Below are positions 48,801 through 63,222 of a stretch of 64,000 bases of DNA, piece by piece. The notes below the pieces were generated by a model, which was given only the letters and a program-made list of their open reading frames with translations, did no database searches and was not told the DNA's origin. A program made the translations under genes and the position numbers. Each line of letters opens with the position of its first letter. Positions within the stretch are counted from its first letter, which is position 1. This DNA comes from Pristiophorus japonicus. Lineage: Eukaryota. The stretch covers positions 119,722,001-119,786,000 of the forward strand of contig NC_091987.1 of the NCBI RefSeq assembly GCF_044704955.1, in the 5' to 3' direction.

Positions 48801-51800
48801 AAACCTCATGGTTATAAGTTCTTATTTTCAGATGTAGCATTTTTTTTTATCCTCTTGTATTACTTGAATATAACCTGCACTACGAGTTTAGATAGCTCCA
48901 AGCAACGGTGTCTGGATGCCAGGGCTCAAAATTAACAATAGTCCTTATAGTCAAGGTTTTTGATTGAGGGACGGCAAGCGATGTGCCAGACCTTTTGGTA
49001 CAACCATTACTCCTTAGTTACTGAAGTACAGCAATGGGTTCTTTGGTTGGCTTTTGAGTAAAGCTGCAGTAAGTCACAGCAATAGATGGATGTTATCATT
49101 TGGTGTACAGAAAAGTGTTGTATTCTGGAAAGAACTTGCTGTCTAGCCCCATGCACAAGGAACGCTCATGTGGGTCAGGTGCCTGTGAAACTTTGGGCAG
49201 ATCAGTTGCTGAAGGATTGGATTAAAATTTGGGGGGGGGGGGCGGGTGGATGTGGGGGAGCAAGCCACCAGCTTTTCAAAAGTTCAGTGCACAACTGAAA
49301 CTAATACTTCATTATGGAATATAATTTGATGCAAATTAATTTACAACATAAGGCTGAGTGTACTGTAATAGAAAGGCAGGAAAAACAGAAATTGCAGAAG
49401 GGGAGTAGTGGGTGGATTTTATCTTTCAGTGTACAGTGTGCCTTCCTTGGGCTGCTATTCTCTTGAAAGCTGCCTGTGTTAATGCAGGCTCGGAGAAATG
49501 GTAAAGTTGGTTTCCCATCCTTATAGGGTGCATGAACACCTTGGGCTACTGGGACCTTGACAAAGGAGTGAACTAGGTGTTTTGTGTATTTGTCAAAGGC
49601 AAAATGGAGGAAAGAAATTTCAAAAGGAACAAAAATCCAGCGAGCATGCACTTGAGTAGTTCCTCTTTAATGTACAAGCGGTACACCCATGCCTGCCTTA
49701 CAATCTGATTGGCTGATAATCTCAATTTAATTGAATCCAAAGTTCAATTTATGTCCTACTGTTAGAAAAGATACAGTAGTTCTACAGGGGCGTTCAAGCA
49801 AAACCATCATGCACAAGTTGAGAAGTGTCTGCAGTCCAATGTCCTAAAATCTAAATTATAACCACCTCCGATCTCAAGCAATGCTTGTGAAGTGGCAATT
49901 TTTTTCACTGGTGATCAGTTAATTATTACATTTCAGGCAAACTACCAAATCTATTTGAAGCCGAGCTCAAAGCCATTCTATTCAATCCTGGTCTCGACTT
50001 TACACTTTGATGACCTTCCAATGACCAAAATCACAGCATGTTTTATGTTATGTAGTCGATGCACCAGCAGAGTAAATTGGTGTGCCAGTGTGTTGCACTG
50101 GACAGTTGGATGCAGTTTTCAGCTGAAGTGAGATTGAGGGCAGAATTATTGAATAGAGAACTGGAACTTCTTCACATAGAGGACAGTGAGGCATCCCACA
50201 TATCTGGTAGCTGGTGAAAGTGTGTGTTGTATTGGCAGAGACCGCTCTCTTAGACTTAGGTTTGCTTAGGAATATGTGGGGAAAGCACGGGCTCTATCAC
50301 TCAACTGGTATTTTGGTACCCTGATACTGTGAATTTTGATCATACCTCATGGCATGCTGCCATTTCCTGTATTTCAGCATCATACTCTCATACTATAGGG
50401 ACTGATGCCAACATACAGTCAGTAAAATATTTTACATCCATTTCAAATAGTAAAAACCAGTGGTATTTACCCGGAGCTTAAGTATTGGCAGTTACGTAAT
50501 TAAACCAGATAAGATGTGGTTTATTTGACAACACAGGTTATGCTAGTTACTGATCTAGCTCAAAATAAGGTGCCTTGTTTCAATGCAATCAGCCCCTTAA
50601 TGTAGGTAACTAGCTTTGCATTCTATACTTCATACGGTAAGCTATTTAAGTCTGGGGTCATAATTTTCCTATGTTGGGATTAACCAATCCAAAATGTATT
50701 TTAATAGAAAGTATGAATTAGTACAATCTGATCCCGCCAGGGTAGTTGGTTCACTTCATTGTATTTGCACTTGGCCAGCAGAATTACTGCCTGCTTTAGA
50801 TAATCCACTTAATTTTAAGTGTATGGCAACTACTACAAAGTAAATAATGCCTGCCTAGCAGGTCAACGAGGGAGCACTCCAACCATTCAGGCACAGCTTG
50901 GACGAATACTGTGCACCCACCTCCTACTGAGCACTGAAGACCCCTCCCTGACTGATACTCATTGGTGACATATACTTTTTTGTCTCCATTTGCAAAATTG
51001 CTATTATCAACCCTTTAGACAGATTAAAGCAGACAATATTGCCTATTAAATCTCTACTTTTATTGGACAGGAGCAAAATGCTACGCTTCCTGTGATTTTA
51101 ATGTTTTTTTTGCTAGTTCAAAATCAAGGTGTGTACCTAGTACTGTGCACTGTATTGCTCAAATGATTGGTTTAGAGATCTTAAATTAAAGGTCTTTTAA
51201 TCAGCAGTAATTAACTAATGCAGATAATTGAGGAAATCAAATTTGAGATTGATTTTCCTTAGTACTACTTGATTGACCAATTCTTAGACCCATTTCTGTT
51301 CAAAATATCCTTTTAAATTGCTTCACAAGTTGCATCCCAACTGCAGTTGGTCCCAAGCCTTGAAGAGGTAGCTTCCCTCTGTTTATGTGGTGAAACTTTC
51401 CATAGCACTTGAACTGTCTTTTTAACAATTTTTGAACAGATGCTTGCTGTTTTTTTTTTACACAGCCATTGTTTTTGTGTAGAAGACTTACACATACTAA
51501 ATAACTGAATTTAGAGGGGGTGTGTTAATAGTTGAGATTTGAAATATTTTGCTACAACCACCCAACCAATTTTGAGCTCTCGCAAATAACAATGAACAGG
51601 CCAGATCTCAGACCTGTCTTAAAGGAGCAGGGGTTTTATTTTCTAAATGTTTTTTTTTAAATAAACAGCGTCACGTGAGATTCTCTCCAGTTTAATTTTT
51701 ACGTAGCATAACTTCACATGACGGAGTGCAAAATCTAGTGAAAATGGTACGCTTTCTCATCTGAGGTGGTGATGGGGAAATTGTAGAAATCCGAAATCAG

Positions 51801-54360
51801 ACCTGAACTGTTTGTTCATCCGGTGTGAGGTGTAATAAGTTGCTTGGGTTTTCTAATTGTGATTGGCATGGCTTTCAGCAGTTTAGCTCCTATTAGTGTA
51901 TTGAAAATGGTGTAAAGTTCTAATTCTGCTCACTTTTAAATCTGTTCTCCTACACCCCCTAGTGGATTATTAGGTAGTTTCACTTCATGTTGTGCTGAGT
52001 CACAGACCAGAAGGACTCGTGTTCGTTCGATCCCTGGTCTCCACTGACATAGCTGATCCTAGCTGAGGTGATGGTGGGGTGGGTGGGGCACTACAATTGG
52101 CTTCATTGTCCCTGGGCTTAAAAAAAGGGAAAGGACCAGGATTTCTCTCCTGATCGCAATTCTGAGAAACCCTTGCTGTAAAGTATGCATAAGTCAACTT
52201 CGGGTTGGGGGAAGGTTGCACTTTTCTGTTGTCAAATGAGACTCACTGCCTCAGTTTACACATGAAGAATGGTCACTTGGGGCAAGGTATTAGAGACTTG
52301 TCAATCCTCATAGAACTGTACCCTAAATTAAGTCATCAAGAGTAGAGAGAGAAATGGTGGCAGTGGAATATGTTAATCCACGTGCATACATGTTTTGTAG
52401 AGTGTTTTATTCAAAGTGTTTCACAATTGTTAAAGAGATGATATTGAGAGACTGGGCTGTGTTCTATTTATAAGCTGCTGTTCCTTGCACATGACTGGCT
52501 TATGTGAGCCAGTTACAAACTTGTTCAATTCATCTTGTAAAAATCACACTGAGTGACTTAAGAGGTTAGAGGCTGCAGCTTCTAATGGGGAGGGGAGAGG
52601 GGAATTAGGCGCCATTTCCAGTACAGAAAGTAATAAAGCTTTACTCGACCCTTTCAGTATGTTTTCTTAAAACTGCTGTCTTAATTGGTCAAAATGACAT
52701 GGTTTCTGAAACACCTATTTTTGATATTGTTCTTCCTACCTAATTGTGCTGAAGAAAAAAGATGCAGCTTCTAATCCAGATATTATTGCACTTCTGAAAC
52801 TGCAGTAATTATTTTTAATTAAAAGATACAGACTGTATTCCTATGTGGAATGTTCCAATATTTTGCGTACGCTGACGCAAAAATAGAGAAGATGTTTGGT
52901 GCATAGCATGTCTTCCTAGTACTGCCTGATTAGAATGGGTTTGCTGTCTGTGTTGATCAATGTTTTGCTGTGGCAAAGAAGTAATGCTGTACTGACAGTG
53001 CAGTTACACATTTCGCTGAGAATGCTGCGGTTGAAACCTCAGGTGATGATGAGAACAAAAAAAAACTACCTCTGAAGATTGTAGCAGAGAATAACTGTGA
53101 AACAATGCGAGGCAGAAATAGTCGATGCTTAAATTCGTTTTATTTTTTCGGGGGTTTGGGCAAGTATTTGGGTGGTCAGCACGGTCTTGCTTTCAAATTT
53201 TCTCACACATTTTGTAGAATTCCTGAAATGTGAATCTAAAATGTTATTTACTAAGGACATGTACAGAGCAAATCAACAAATATAAGTATGGATAATAACT
53301 GCTGTTGCTTTCTTGTTTTGTCATTTTCACTTCAGATCAGAAATAGTTTTTATTTTGTGGCTTTGAGCTACTTTCTTCCATAACTATATTGCATTACTTC
53401 CTGATTCCAAATGTCATTTCAGTGCAACAGTTTAAATTACATTTTTACCCACATTTATATTAATTTGATACTTAATTACTTAGAAACCAGAAATAACAAT
53501 TTTACTAATGGAGCCCTAAAAACAACAGACATCCATAGTTAATGTTGCTCATCACATTTGTGGAGCATTAACTTTGATTCACTCTGCTGAACTTACATAC
53601 ACACTGTTTGAAATGGGCAGTTAAGGAATGTTGCTGAGAGTATGTTGAGGAAATGAGTTTGTTTTAGCTTGGGAAGATTTGTACCGCTGCATAAACTTGT
53701 CAATTTTGCTTTCCTACTGCAAAATTTAATGAGCAATTTTTTTCCGGTAAAATTGACCCAATCTCTCTCCTCCCCACCCTCATCTGACTATCTGCTTTTC
53801 ATCACTCCCAGGGGAAGGACCATGTTCTCCGTTTATTTTATGCCTCTCCTACCACAATGACCAAGATCAGAAATGAGCAAAACACATTATTCTTACCCTT
53901 GCACCATTTCCCCAACAAGAAAATAGGCAGATAATCTGCTCACAAGGCTTTCCAATTCTGATCGAGAATTGACGACCAGGAGATATGCAAGACCATCATT
54001 GGGAAGTTGTGTTTTTACTTTCCTTCTGACTTGATGGGGAACTATGGAATATTCTTTTAAAACTACTAGGTTTAACTTACCTTTTTGGAATGAGGAAGAA
54101 GTTGTGATAAAACAGTGTTTATGGGTTATTTCTGTTAGATCAGTTAGGTAGAAATTGTGACAAATTAGCTAACATTTCAAAAATCGACCACACAAGATTT
54201 ATTTCAGATACAAGATATTATTGACAGTTACGTTATTCAGCATGAACTCCACAAACTTGCATATGTAAACTATTCCGTAGTTGTAAAATGGGTATAAAAA
54301 AATATATACTTGAAACAAACTCTTTCTTTTGGCAAATATATTTAAATAAACATTCATCTA
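45893..54360 (+). other. txlng: Putative long 3' UTR of txlng (end uncertain)
   Basis: U-rich and almost free of repeats, unlike the introns. AATAAA at 46966, 51660, 52632, 54345 and 54760. Confidence 0.45.
51995..52340 (+). mobile_element. Old tRNA-derived SINE-like element
   Basis: B-box-like GTTCGATCCC at ~52025; body similar to the reverse complement of 22575-23060. Confidence 0.55.
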
Positions 54361-54939
54361 AATTGTAGGGTTTAGAGACCACTCTTAACATGTCACCTCA
54401 AAAAACCCTAGCTCCATGCATTTCAAATTCATTGACTAGATTATACATTTTAAATGAGATACTAGGTATGGAAAATGTGTTTAAAATTCAAGATTGCTTA
54501 ATGTAAACATAACATTTTTGAATACTGAAAAACCGCTCATACCGTAACTGTGTATCAATCTAGTAAAGCTGATTCTTGAAGCAGTAATGCTCATCTCTTT
54601 ATTACTTCTCCGTTAACAGATATGCTGTAGTGATGAGCATCCCACTTATATTGCTGTTGTTTTCCTTGCCGCCACTCAAATATTGTTGCTGTTAATAGCT
54701 TACTGTAAATGCAGTTGCATCTAGAAACAAAACAAAATGACCAGGTTTTATATTTAGGAAATAAATTAAGCTCACCACCAACCTTACTGGACAAATGTGG
54801 CATTTGCCTCACACAGATTTAAAAATTATTCTTCCATTTTAACTTTGCATTTATGTTGTGTTCCTCGTATATACATTTCATAGCACATGGGGGTAGCTGG
54901 ACATCAAGCAGGAAGTTCAGAGGTGAGACAGAATGTGCA

Positions 54940-56050
54940 ATGTATTTTTAGGAGGGTTTGATGTGGAAGAGAGGGAACAAATGGGAGCGGTTTTCGGAGA
55001 GAATGCCAGACAGCAGGAGTATAATGGTTGAAAGCGCAGTGTCCGATGCTAGAGTGGAGGGTGGATGGAGCTGTGAACAAGCAGTTATGTAGAATTGCGG
55101 AACAGGAGTGGGCTCAGCCATATGGCTGGACATAGTTTCTCACAGAACATTTGAAGATGAGGATCTTGGATTTGATTTTCTAAGCCAAAGGAACTTGAGC
55201 GGGTAATAATGAGTCGACGGAACTTTGTGTTCGAGAGGATTTGACACAGAATTCTCAATTAGCTGAAGTTGGCAAGGAGAGATTTTGATATATCAATCCT
55301 TTAGGGTTTCAGCAGTACTGGGAGGGAGATGGGACATAAGCATACAATGTTCTGGAGCGACAGCAAAGTAGCTCTTAAGCTTTAAAACTTAATTTGCCGT
55401 TGATCACCATGAGGCTCTGCCTAAGCCGGTGTCCAGCATGTTGATTGAATTGGACCCAGAGGCATATAGGTTCTGGTGCGAGTCAAACAGCATCAGTTTT
55501 GTCAACATTGATCTGCAGCAAATTTTGACTCAGCTGGGACTTTGTCACATGGAAAGTTTGGTTAGTATTGCACTATTCCTGGAGTTGGGGGGCGGGGTAG
55601 ATTTGAGTGTCAATTGTTTACATATGGGAGCTAACTCCATGACTTGTAGATGATGTCACCATGTAGAGAATAGGAAGGGACACAATGCAGGTGACCATAC
55701 AAGCATTAAAGAGAGTCTTGGAAAACATTATAGTGACAGCAATGGGCCAGGTAGGTTTGAAATCACGGAGGTGGAAGGCATTGGAGAGAATGGAGTGCTC
55801 AACAATATTGACAGGTCGCGGAGGATGAGGCTGCAGTCATGCATATTGCACCTTGCACCAACACATAGCTAGTGATGCAGCTGGGCTTTGATCAGGGAAT
55901 GGTGAGAAGTTGCGGTTCAAGGAACTTGAGAAGGACAGGGTGGATAAGGTGGTAGTTTAGGAATACAGAGGAGTTAAGGGCAGGCTTTTTAAGAAAGGGA
56001 GATTGCAATGTTGAAAGAAATGGGAACACTGCAGATTAGTGGTGCGATGA
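54940..56050 (-). mobile_element. Ancient L2-like LINE remnant
   Basis: Purine-rich on +, colinear by eye with the minus-strand L2s at 7058-7570 and 14045-14700; heavily decayed. Confidence 0.5.
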
Positions 56051-56827
56051 TGTAGAACTATACTGATTTAAGGATTCAAACTGCTTATTTTACTGTTTTA
56101 AAAAAAATACAAGAGCCCTGGAATTAGTCAGGACAGCCACTAATTGTACCTCTGATGCTGTCCCATTTCCTGCAGGCACCAGCACTATTAATGGCGCAAC
56201 TAGAGTGCCTGCCAAGGGACACTTGATAGGGCTCTGGGCACAGCATAAGGGTTCTGGCCCCAAAAAATTAAAAGAAAATTGAGCACAAATGGTTGTGTGA
56301 CATAGTTCCTTTATTTACATGGTGCCATTTCTGCTCATTTGTGGTGTGTCTAGTACATGTCTGCCTCAAGACCTATGAAATTTTTTACCCCATCATCCCA
56401 GATAACGATGGCCATCAGAACAGAGGAATTTCAGGCATGTTCTGCTGTAGCTATTTCAGATCACTAGTCACATATTGATGTATCAACACCTGGAAAAACA
56501 AATCACTCTGAATTGAGACTTTTCAGTTGGATTCCCTTGAGTTCAAAAAAAATGCCACCAAACCAAGTCCTTATTAGTTATAATTTGCCCATAATGCTTT
56601 GGAATAGTAACTCGAGCTGTTCCATCTCACAGAATTTAACTTGTTTCTCAAGTTTTAGAAGTAAAAATGTTTTTTACACTCACTGTACTTCAAAGGAATT
56701 GGTTCATGCAAAACACTTGGGAATAGTTGAGACATGTGATAACATGCCATATAAGTGCAAGTCTTTTTCATTTTCTCTCTCCTAGCTGTCTAAATTATAG
56801 AAACCCTTTGTAACCCAGCTTTGCTAA

Positions 56828-59800
56828 AACATAGAAAATAGTGCAGGAGTAGGCCATTCGAGCCTGCACCACCATTCAATAAGATCATGGCTGATCATTC
56901 CCTCTATAACCCTTGATCCCTTTAGCCGTAAGGGCCATATCTAACTCCCTCTTGAATATATCCAATGAACTGGCATCAACAACTCTCTGTGGTAGGGATT
57001 TCCACAGGTTAACAACTCTCTGAGTAAAGAGGTTTCTCCTCATTTCAGTCCGAAATGGCCTACCCCTTATCCTAAGACTATGTCCCGTGGTTCTGGACTT
57101 CCCCAACCTCGGGAACATTCTTCCTGCATCTAACTTATCCAGTCCCGTCAGAATCTTATACGTTTCTATGAAATCCCTGCTCAACCTTCTAAACTCGTGT
57201 ATAAAGGCCCACTTGATCAAATCTCTCCTCATATGTCAGTCCTGCCATCCCGGGAATCAGTCTGGTGAACCTTCGCTGCACTCCCTAAATAGCAAGAACT
57301 TCCTTCCTCAGATTAGGAGACCAAAACTGAACACAATATTCCAGGTGAGGCCTCACCAAGGCTCTGTACAACTGCAGTAAGATCTCCCTGCTCCTATACT
57401 CAAATCTCCTAGCTATGAAAGCCAACATACCATTTGCTTTCTTCACTGCCTGCTGTACCTGCATGCCAACTTTCAATGACCGATGAACCATGACACCCAG
57501 ATTATGTTGCACCTCCCCTTTTCCTAATCTGCCACCATTCAGATAATTTGCCTTTGTGTTTGTGTCCCCAAAGTGGATAACCTCACATTTATCCACATTA
57601 TACTGCATCTGCTATGCATTTACCTACTCACCTAACCTGTCCAAGTCACCCTGCAGCCTCTTAGCGCATCCTCACAGCTCACACCGCCACCCAGTTTAGT
57701 GTCATCTGCAAACTTGGAAATATTACACTCAATTCCTTCATCTAAATCATTAATGTGTACTGTAAAGAGCTGGGGTCACACCACTGAGCCCTGCAGCACC
57801 CCACTAGTCACTGCCTGCCATTCTGAAAAGGACCCGTTAATCCTGACTCTCTGCTTGCTGTCTGCCAACCAGTTCTCCATCCACATTAGTACATTAACCC
57901 CAATACCATGTGCTTTGATTTTGCACACCAATCTCGTGTGCGGGACCTTGTCAAAAGCCTTTTGAAAGTCCAAATACACCACATCCACTGGTTCTCCCTT
58001 GTCCACTCTACTAGTTACATCCTCAAAAAATTCCAGAAGATTTGTTAAGCATGATTTCCCTTTCATACATCCATGCTGACTTGGACCGATCCTGTCACTG
58101 CTTTCCAAATGCGCTGCTATTTCATCTTTAATAATTGATTCCAACATTTTCCCTACTACTGATGTCAGGCTAACCGGTCTATAATTACCTGTTTTCTCTC
58201 TCCCTTTTTTAAAAAGTAGTGTTACATTAGCTACTCTCTAGTCCATAGGAACTGATCCAGAGTCGGTAGACTGTTGGAAAATGATCACCGATGCATCCAT
58301 TGTTTCTATGGCCACTTCCTTAAGTACTCTGATATACAGACTATCAGGCCCCGGGGATTTATCATCCTTCAATCCCATCAATTTCCCTAACACAATTTCC
58401 CGTCCTATAAGGATATCCTTCAGTTCCTCCTTCTCACTAGACCCTCGGTCCCCTAGTACTTCCGGAAGGTTATTTGTGTCTTCCTTCGTGAAGACAGAAC
58501 CAAAGTATTTGTTCAACTGGTCTGCCATTTCTTTGTTCCTCATTATAAATTCACCTGAATCTGACTGCAAGGGACCTACGTTTGTCTTCACTAATCTTTT
58601 TCTCTTCACATATCTATAGAAGCTTTTGCAGTCAGTTTTTATGTTCCTGGCAAGCTTCCTCTCATACTCTATTTCCCCCCTCCTAATTAAACTCTTTGTC
58701 CTCCTCCGCTGAATTCTAAATTTCTCCCAGTCCTCAGGTTTGCTGCTTTTTCTGGCCAATTTATATGCCTCTTCCTTGGATTTAACACTATCCTTAATTT
58801 CCCTTGTTAGGCACGGTTGAGCCACCTTCCCCGTTTTATTTTTACTCCAGACAGGGATGTACAATTGTTGAACTTCATCCATGTGATCTTTAAATGTCTG
58901 CCATTGCCTATCCACTGTCAACCCTTTAAGTATCATTTGCCAGTCTACTCTAGCCAATTCACGCCTCATACCGTTGAAGTTACATAGAAACATAGAAAAT
59001 AGGTGCAGGAGTAGGCCATTCGGCCCTTCTAGCCTGCACCGCCATTCAATGAGTTCATGGCTGAACATGCAACTTCAGTACCCCATTCCTACTTTCTCAC
59101 CATACCCCTTGATCCCCCTAGTAGTAAGGACTTCATCTAACTCCTTTTTGAATATATTTAGTGAATTGGCCTCAACAACTTTCTGTGGTAGAGAATTCCA
59201 CAGGTTCACCACTCACTGGGTGAAGAAATTCCTCCTCATCTCGGTCCTAAATGGCTTACCCCTTATCCTTCGACTGTGTCCCCTGGTTCTGGACTTCCCC
59301 AACATTGGGAACATTCTTCCTGCATCTAACCTGTCTAAACCCGTCAGAATTTTAAACGTTTCTATGAGGTCCCCTCTCATTCTTCTGAACTCCAGTGAAT
59401 ACAAGCCCAGTTGATCCAGTCTTTCTTGATAGGTCAGTCCCGCCATCCCGGGAATCAGTCTGGCGAACCTTCGCTGCACTCCCTCAATAGCAAGAATGTC
59501 CTTCCTCAGGTTAGGAGACCAAAACTGTACACAATACTCCAGGTGTGGCCTCACCAAGGCCCTGTACAACTGTAGCAACACCTCCCTGCCCCTGTACTCA
59601 AATCCCCTCGCTATGAAGGCCAACATGCCATTTGCTTTCTTAACCGCCTGCTGTACCTGCATTCCAACCTTCAATGACTGATGCACCATGACACCCAGGT
59701 CTCTTTGCACTTCCCCTTTTCCTAATCTGTCATCATTCAGATAAAAGTCTGTCTCTGTTTTTACCACCAAAGTGGATAACCTCACATTTATCCACATTAT

Positions 59801-61660
59801 ACTTCATCTGCCATGCATTTGCCCACTCACCTAACCTATCCAAGTCGCTCTGCAGCCTCATAGCATCCTCCTCGCAGCTCACACTACCACCCAACTTAGT
59901 GTCATCCGCAAATTTGGAGATACTACATTTAATCCCCTCGTCTAAATCATTAATGTACAGTGTAAACAGCTCTTTAAGTTCAGGACCCTAGTCTCTGAAT
60001 TAACCACCTTAGTAAAGATTTCTACCGTATTATGGTCACTCTTCCCCAAGGGGCCTCGCACAAGAAAATTGCTAATTAGTCCTTTCTCATTACACATCAC
60101 CCAGTCTAGGATGGCCAGCCCTCTAGTTGGTTCCTCGACATATTGATCTGGAAAACCATCCCTAATACACCCCAGGAAATCCTCCTCCACCCTATTGCTA
60201 TCAGTTTGGTTAGCCCAATTTAAATATGGATTAAAGTCACCCATGATAACTGCTGTACCTTTATCGCACGCGTCCCTAATTTCGTGTTTGATGTTGTCCC
60301 CAACCTCACTACTACTGTTTGGTCTGTACACAACTCCTACTAGCATTTTCTGGCTTTTTTTATTCCGCAGCTCCACCCATACAGATTCCACATCATCCAA
60401 GCTAATGTCCATTCCGTTAATTTCCTCTTTAACCAGCAACGCTACCCCACCTCCTTTTCCTTTCTGTCTATCCTTCCTGAATGTTGAATACCCCTGGATG
60501 TTGAGTTCCCAGCCTTGGTCACCCTGGAGCCATGTCTCTGTGATGCCAATTATATCATATTCATTAATTGCTGCCTGTGCAGTTAATTCGTCCACTTTAT
60601 TACAAATACTCCTTGTATTGAGGCACAGAACCTTCAGGCTTGTCTTTTTAACACACTTTGCCCTTTTGGAATTTTGCTGTAATGTGGCCCTTTTTGATTT
60701 TTGCCTTGGGTTTCTCTGCCCTCCACTTTTACTTTTCTTCTTTCTATCTTTTGCTCCTGCCCCCATTCTACTTCCCTGTCTCCCTGCATAGGTTCCTATC
60801 CCCTGCCATATTAGTTTAACCCCTCCCCAACAGCACTAGCAAACACTCCCCCTACGACATTGGTTCCGGTCCTGCCCAGGTGCAGACTGTCCGGTTTGTG
60901 CTGGTCCCACCTCCCCCAGAACCGGTTCCAATGTCCCAGGAATTTGAATCCCTCCCTTCTGCACCACTCCTCAAGCCACGTATTCATCTGAGCTATCCTG
61001 CGATTCCTACTCTGACTAGCACATGGCACTGGTAGCAATCCTGAGATTACTATCTTTGACGTCCTACTTTTTAATTTAACTCCTAGCTCCTTAAATTCAT
61101 CTTGTAGGACCGCATCCCATTTTTTTTACCTATATCGTTGGTACCTATATGTACCACGACAACTGGCTGTTAACGCTCCCGCTCCAAAATGTCCCGCACC
61201 CGCTCCGAGACATCCTTGACCCTTGCACCAGGGAGGCAACATACCATCCTGGAATCTCGATTGCGGCCGCAGAAACGTCTTATTCCCCTTACAATAGAAT
61301 CCCCTATCACTATAGCTCTCCTCCTCTTTTGTTCCCCTGCCCTCCTGTGCAGCAGAGCCATCCACAGTGCCATGGACTTGGCTGCTGCTGCCTTCCCCTG
61401 ATGAATCATCCCCCCCCCCCCACAACACGGTGTATCTGTTTTGGAGAGGGATGACTGCAGGAAACCTCTGCACTACCTTCCTTCCACTGCTCTTCCTGTT
61501 GGTCATCCATTCCCTGTCCGTGTAACCTTTACCTGCGGCCTGACCAACTCACTATTTACGATATCCTCTGCATCGCAGATGCTCCAGAGTGAATCCACCT
61601 GCAGCTCCAGTGCCGCAATGTGGTCTGTTCGGAGCTGCGGTCTGTCAGGAGCTGCGGAAG
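56828..61660 (-). mobile_element. Near full-length CR1 (most of ORF1 with GDSL/SGNH esterase-like domain, EN, RT, 3' UTR), disrupted and split by a nested copy
   Basis: ORF1 motifs AIVIGDSIVRG, CCLPGARVKDV, DSLHLGRTG; EN in 59942-60766; RT in 57776-58147; tail aaacatagaaaatag at 56828. Confidence 0.95.
58983..59971 (-). mobile_element. 5'-truncated CR1 nested in the same orientation in the previous element
   Basis: Second tail (CATAGAAA)2 at 58983. The host resumes at tttaagttcaggaccctag (~59973), which follows ...ctcatacc in the uninterrupted copy at 29045-29090. Confidence 0.93.
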
Positions 61661-63222
61661 GGTTTTTAAGCGAGAATATACAAAAACAAAATGCATGATT
61701 TAAGGGGAAAAGTTGGAACCCTGTATAATTTTCTGCCCCCTCCGCTAAAGCGAGCAATGTTTGTAGGGCTGCCCATCCAGTCACTTGCCTGACCTCTGTT
61801 ACCTCACCAGAAAACCATCAGCTGTGGCAGTGAGTGCTGGTAAATCATTTGTTTCTGGAGGTAAGCCTGCTTTGGTTTTTACGCCATATTCGCACATTCA
61901 TCCACAGGCACGTTCCAGAAAGCATTACTGGATATGATGCAAGGTTCCTCAGATGTAGGGTTAAATTCCAGGTTTAATTCATTGATCGCTTTAGTTAGTT
62001 GAAGCTTTCACCTAAATAAAATTCCTCGATTACAAAATGTACGTACACTAGGCTCAAATGTTGATTGGGAAACTTCGAGCTGGAGATAGAATAGAGAATA
62101 CCTGAAATAGAGATTTACAAACAATGTCTTGGTCATAGATTTATCTGAGCATTTATTGCTATTCCACTTAAATTGAGTTGGAGTATGTTGGAACTACGGA
62201 ATCTAGCAGAAGTTTGCCAAGACATTGCCTGCTTAGTACATATGGCATCCCAGTGGTATATCTCACACCCATGCAACTAGAATGCTGATGAGTTTTTATC
62301 ATCCAGGATTGTATCTGCTTAACTATTCTGCTCAAGTTGACCTACCCCACACTGTCTCCCAGGTTCTCTTCAGTCCGTTGATCATAATTGTCCTGAACTG
62401 AGTGAGAGAGGAGGGTGTCAATTCAAATCTTGATGAGCAATGACCGCTTCACTACTGCAACTCTCAGCACATATTGGCAACTAGAGCAAACACCCCTTCT
62501 GCATTTAAATTGTTGTAAGAAATTGCAACTTTTTATTGCTTCCCTGAATTTAGCATCAACACAATGGATGTTGTTTCTATGTAAAAATGGACAATCAAAA
62601 GTTTAAAAAGCCTTGCAATGTAATAAAAATTGAATTTAATTTGGGGTAAATTCACCAGTTTTGTCCCAAGGGAGTTCAAGTGGGAGAGTTACAGGTTCTC
62701 AAACCTACACTAGAGTGCAGTCTCAGTGAATTTATCCTATAGTTACCATAAACTAGTGACCCTAAACAGATCAATTTGCAAACTGTCACCTCTAAAACAT
62801 CTGTAAAAAGCCTAGAATTATTTGCAATGGAAGCAGAATTTGACTTATTTGACCACTGAAACAGTGGCCCTGATAACCATGACTTAAAATTTGTAGAGCG
62901 AGGTGAGGAATATTTCAGTTGAAACACAGAAATTAAAAGCACAGTATATTGCCCCTGGAAACAGGCAATGGGTGCTTTCAGAGCTTGGCTGATTCTTAAA
63001 TGGACGTTAGAATACTGGTGCACAAAGCTAAAATCTTACTGCTGTCGACCTCCAAATGCATTTAATAACCAACCAGGTTATAAATGGCAATGCTGAAATT
63101 ATGGATATTTGGAGTATTTTAGTATACCAGCTCATTCACAATTAACCCAAAATAAAGCAGTATGCTCAATTTTGCCTAAAACATTGGTCTCTGGCTGAGT
63201 CACATGGAATTTGGTTATAATG

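Noticed and set aside
46129-56785. Many 60-116 aa ORFs downstream of txlng
   Set aside because: No recognisable domains or exon chains; lengths are consistent with chance.
61800-62500. Possible LF-SINE-like or other ancient repeat
   Set aside because: Resemblance too weak to support without an HMM search.
46000-63200. 3' exons of rbbp7, the convergent neighbour of TXLNG in mammals
   Set aside because: No WD40 or AENIYNDEE-like coding sequence found by eye on the minus strand; tblastn would be needed to exclude it.
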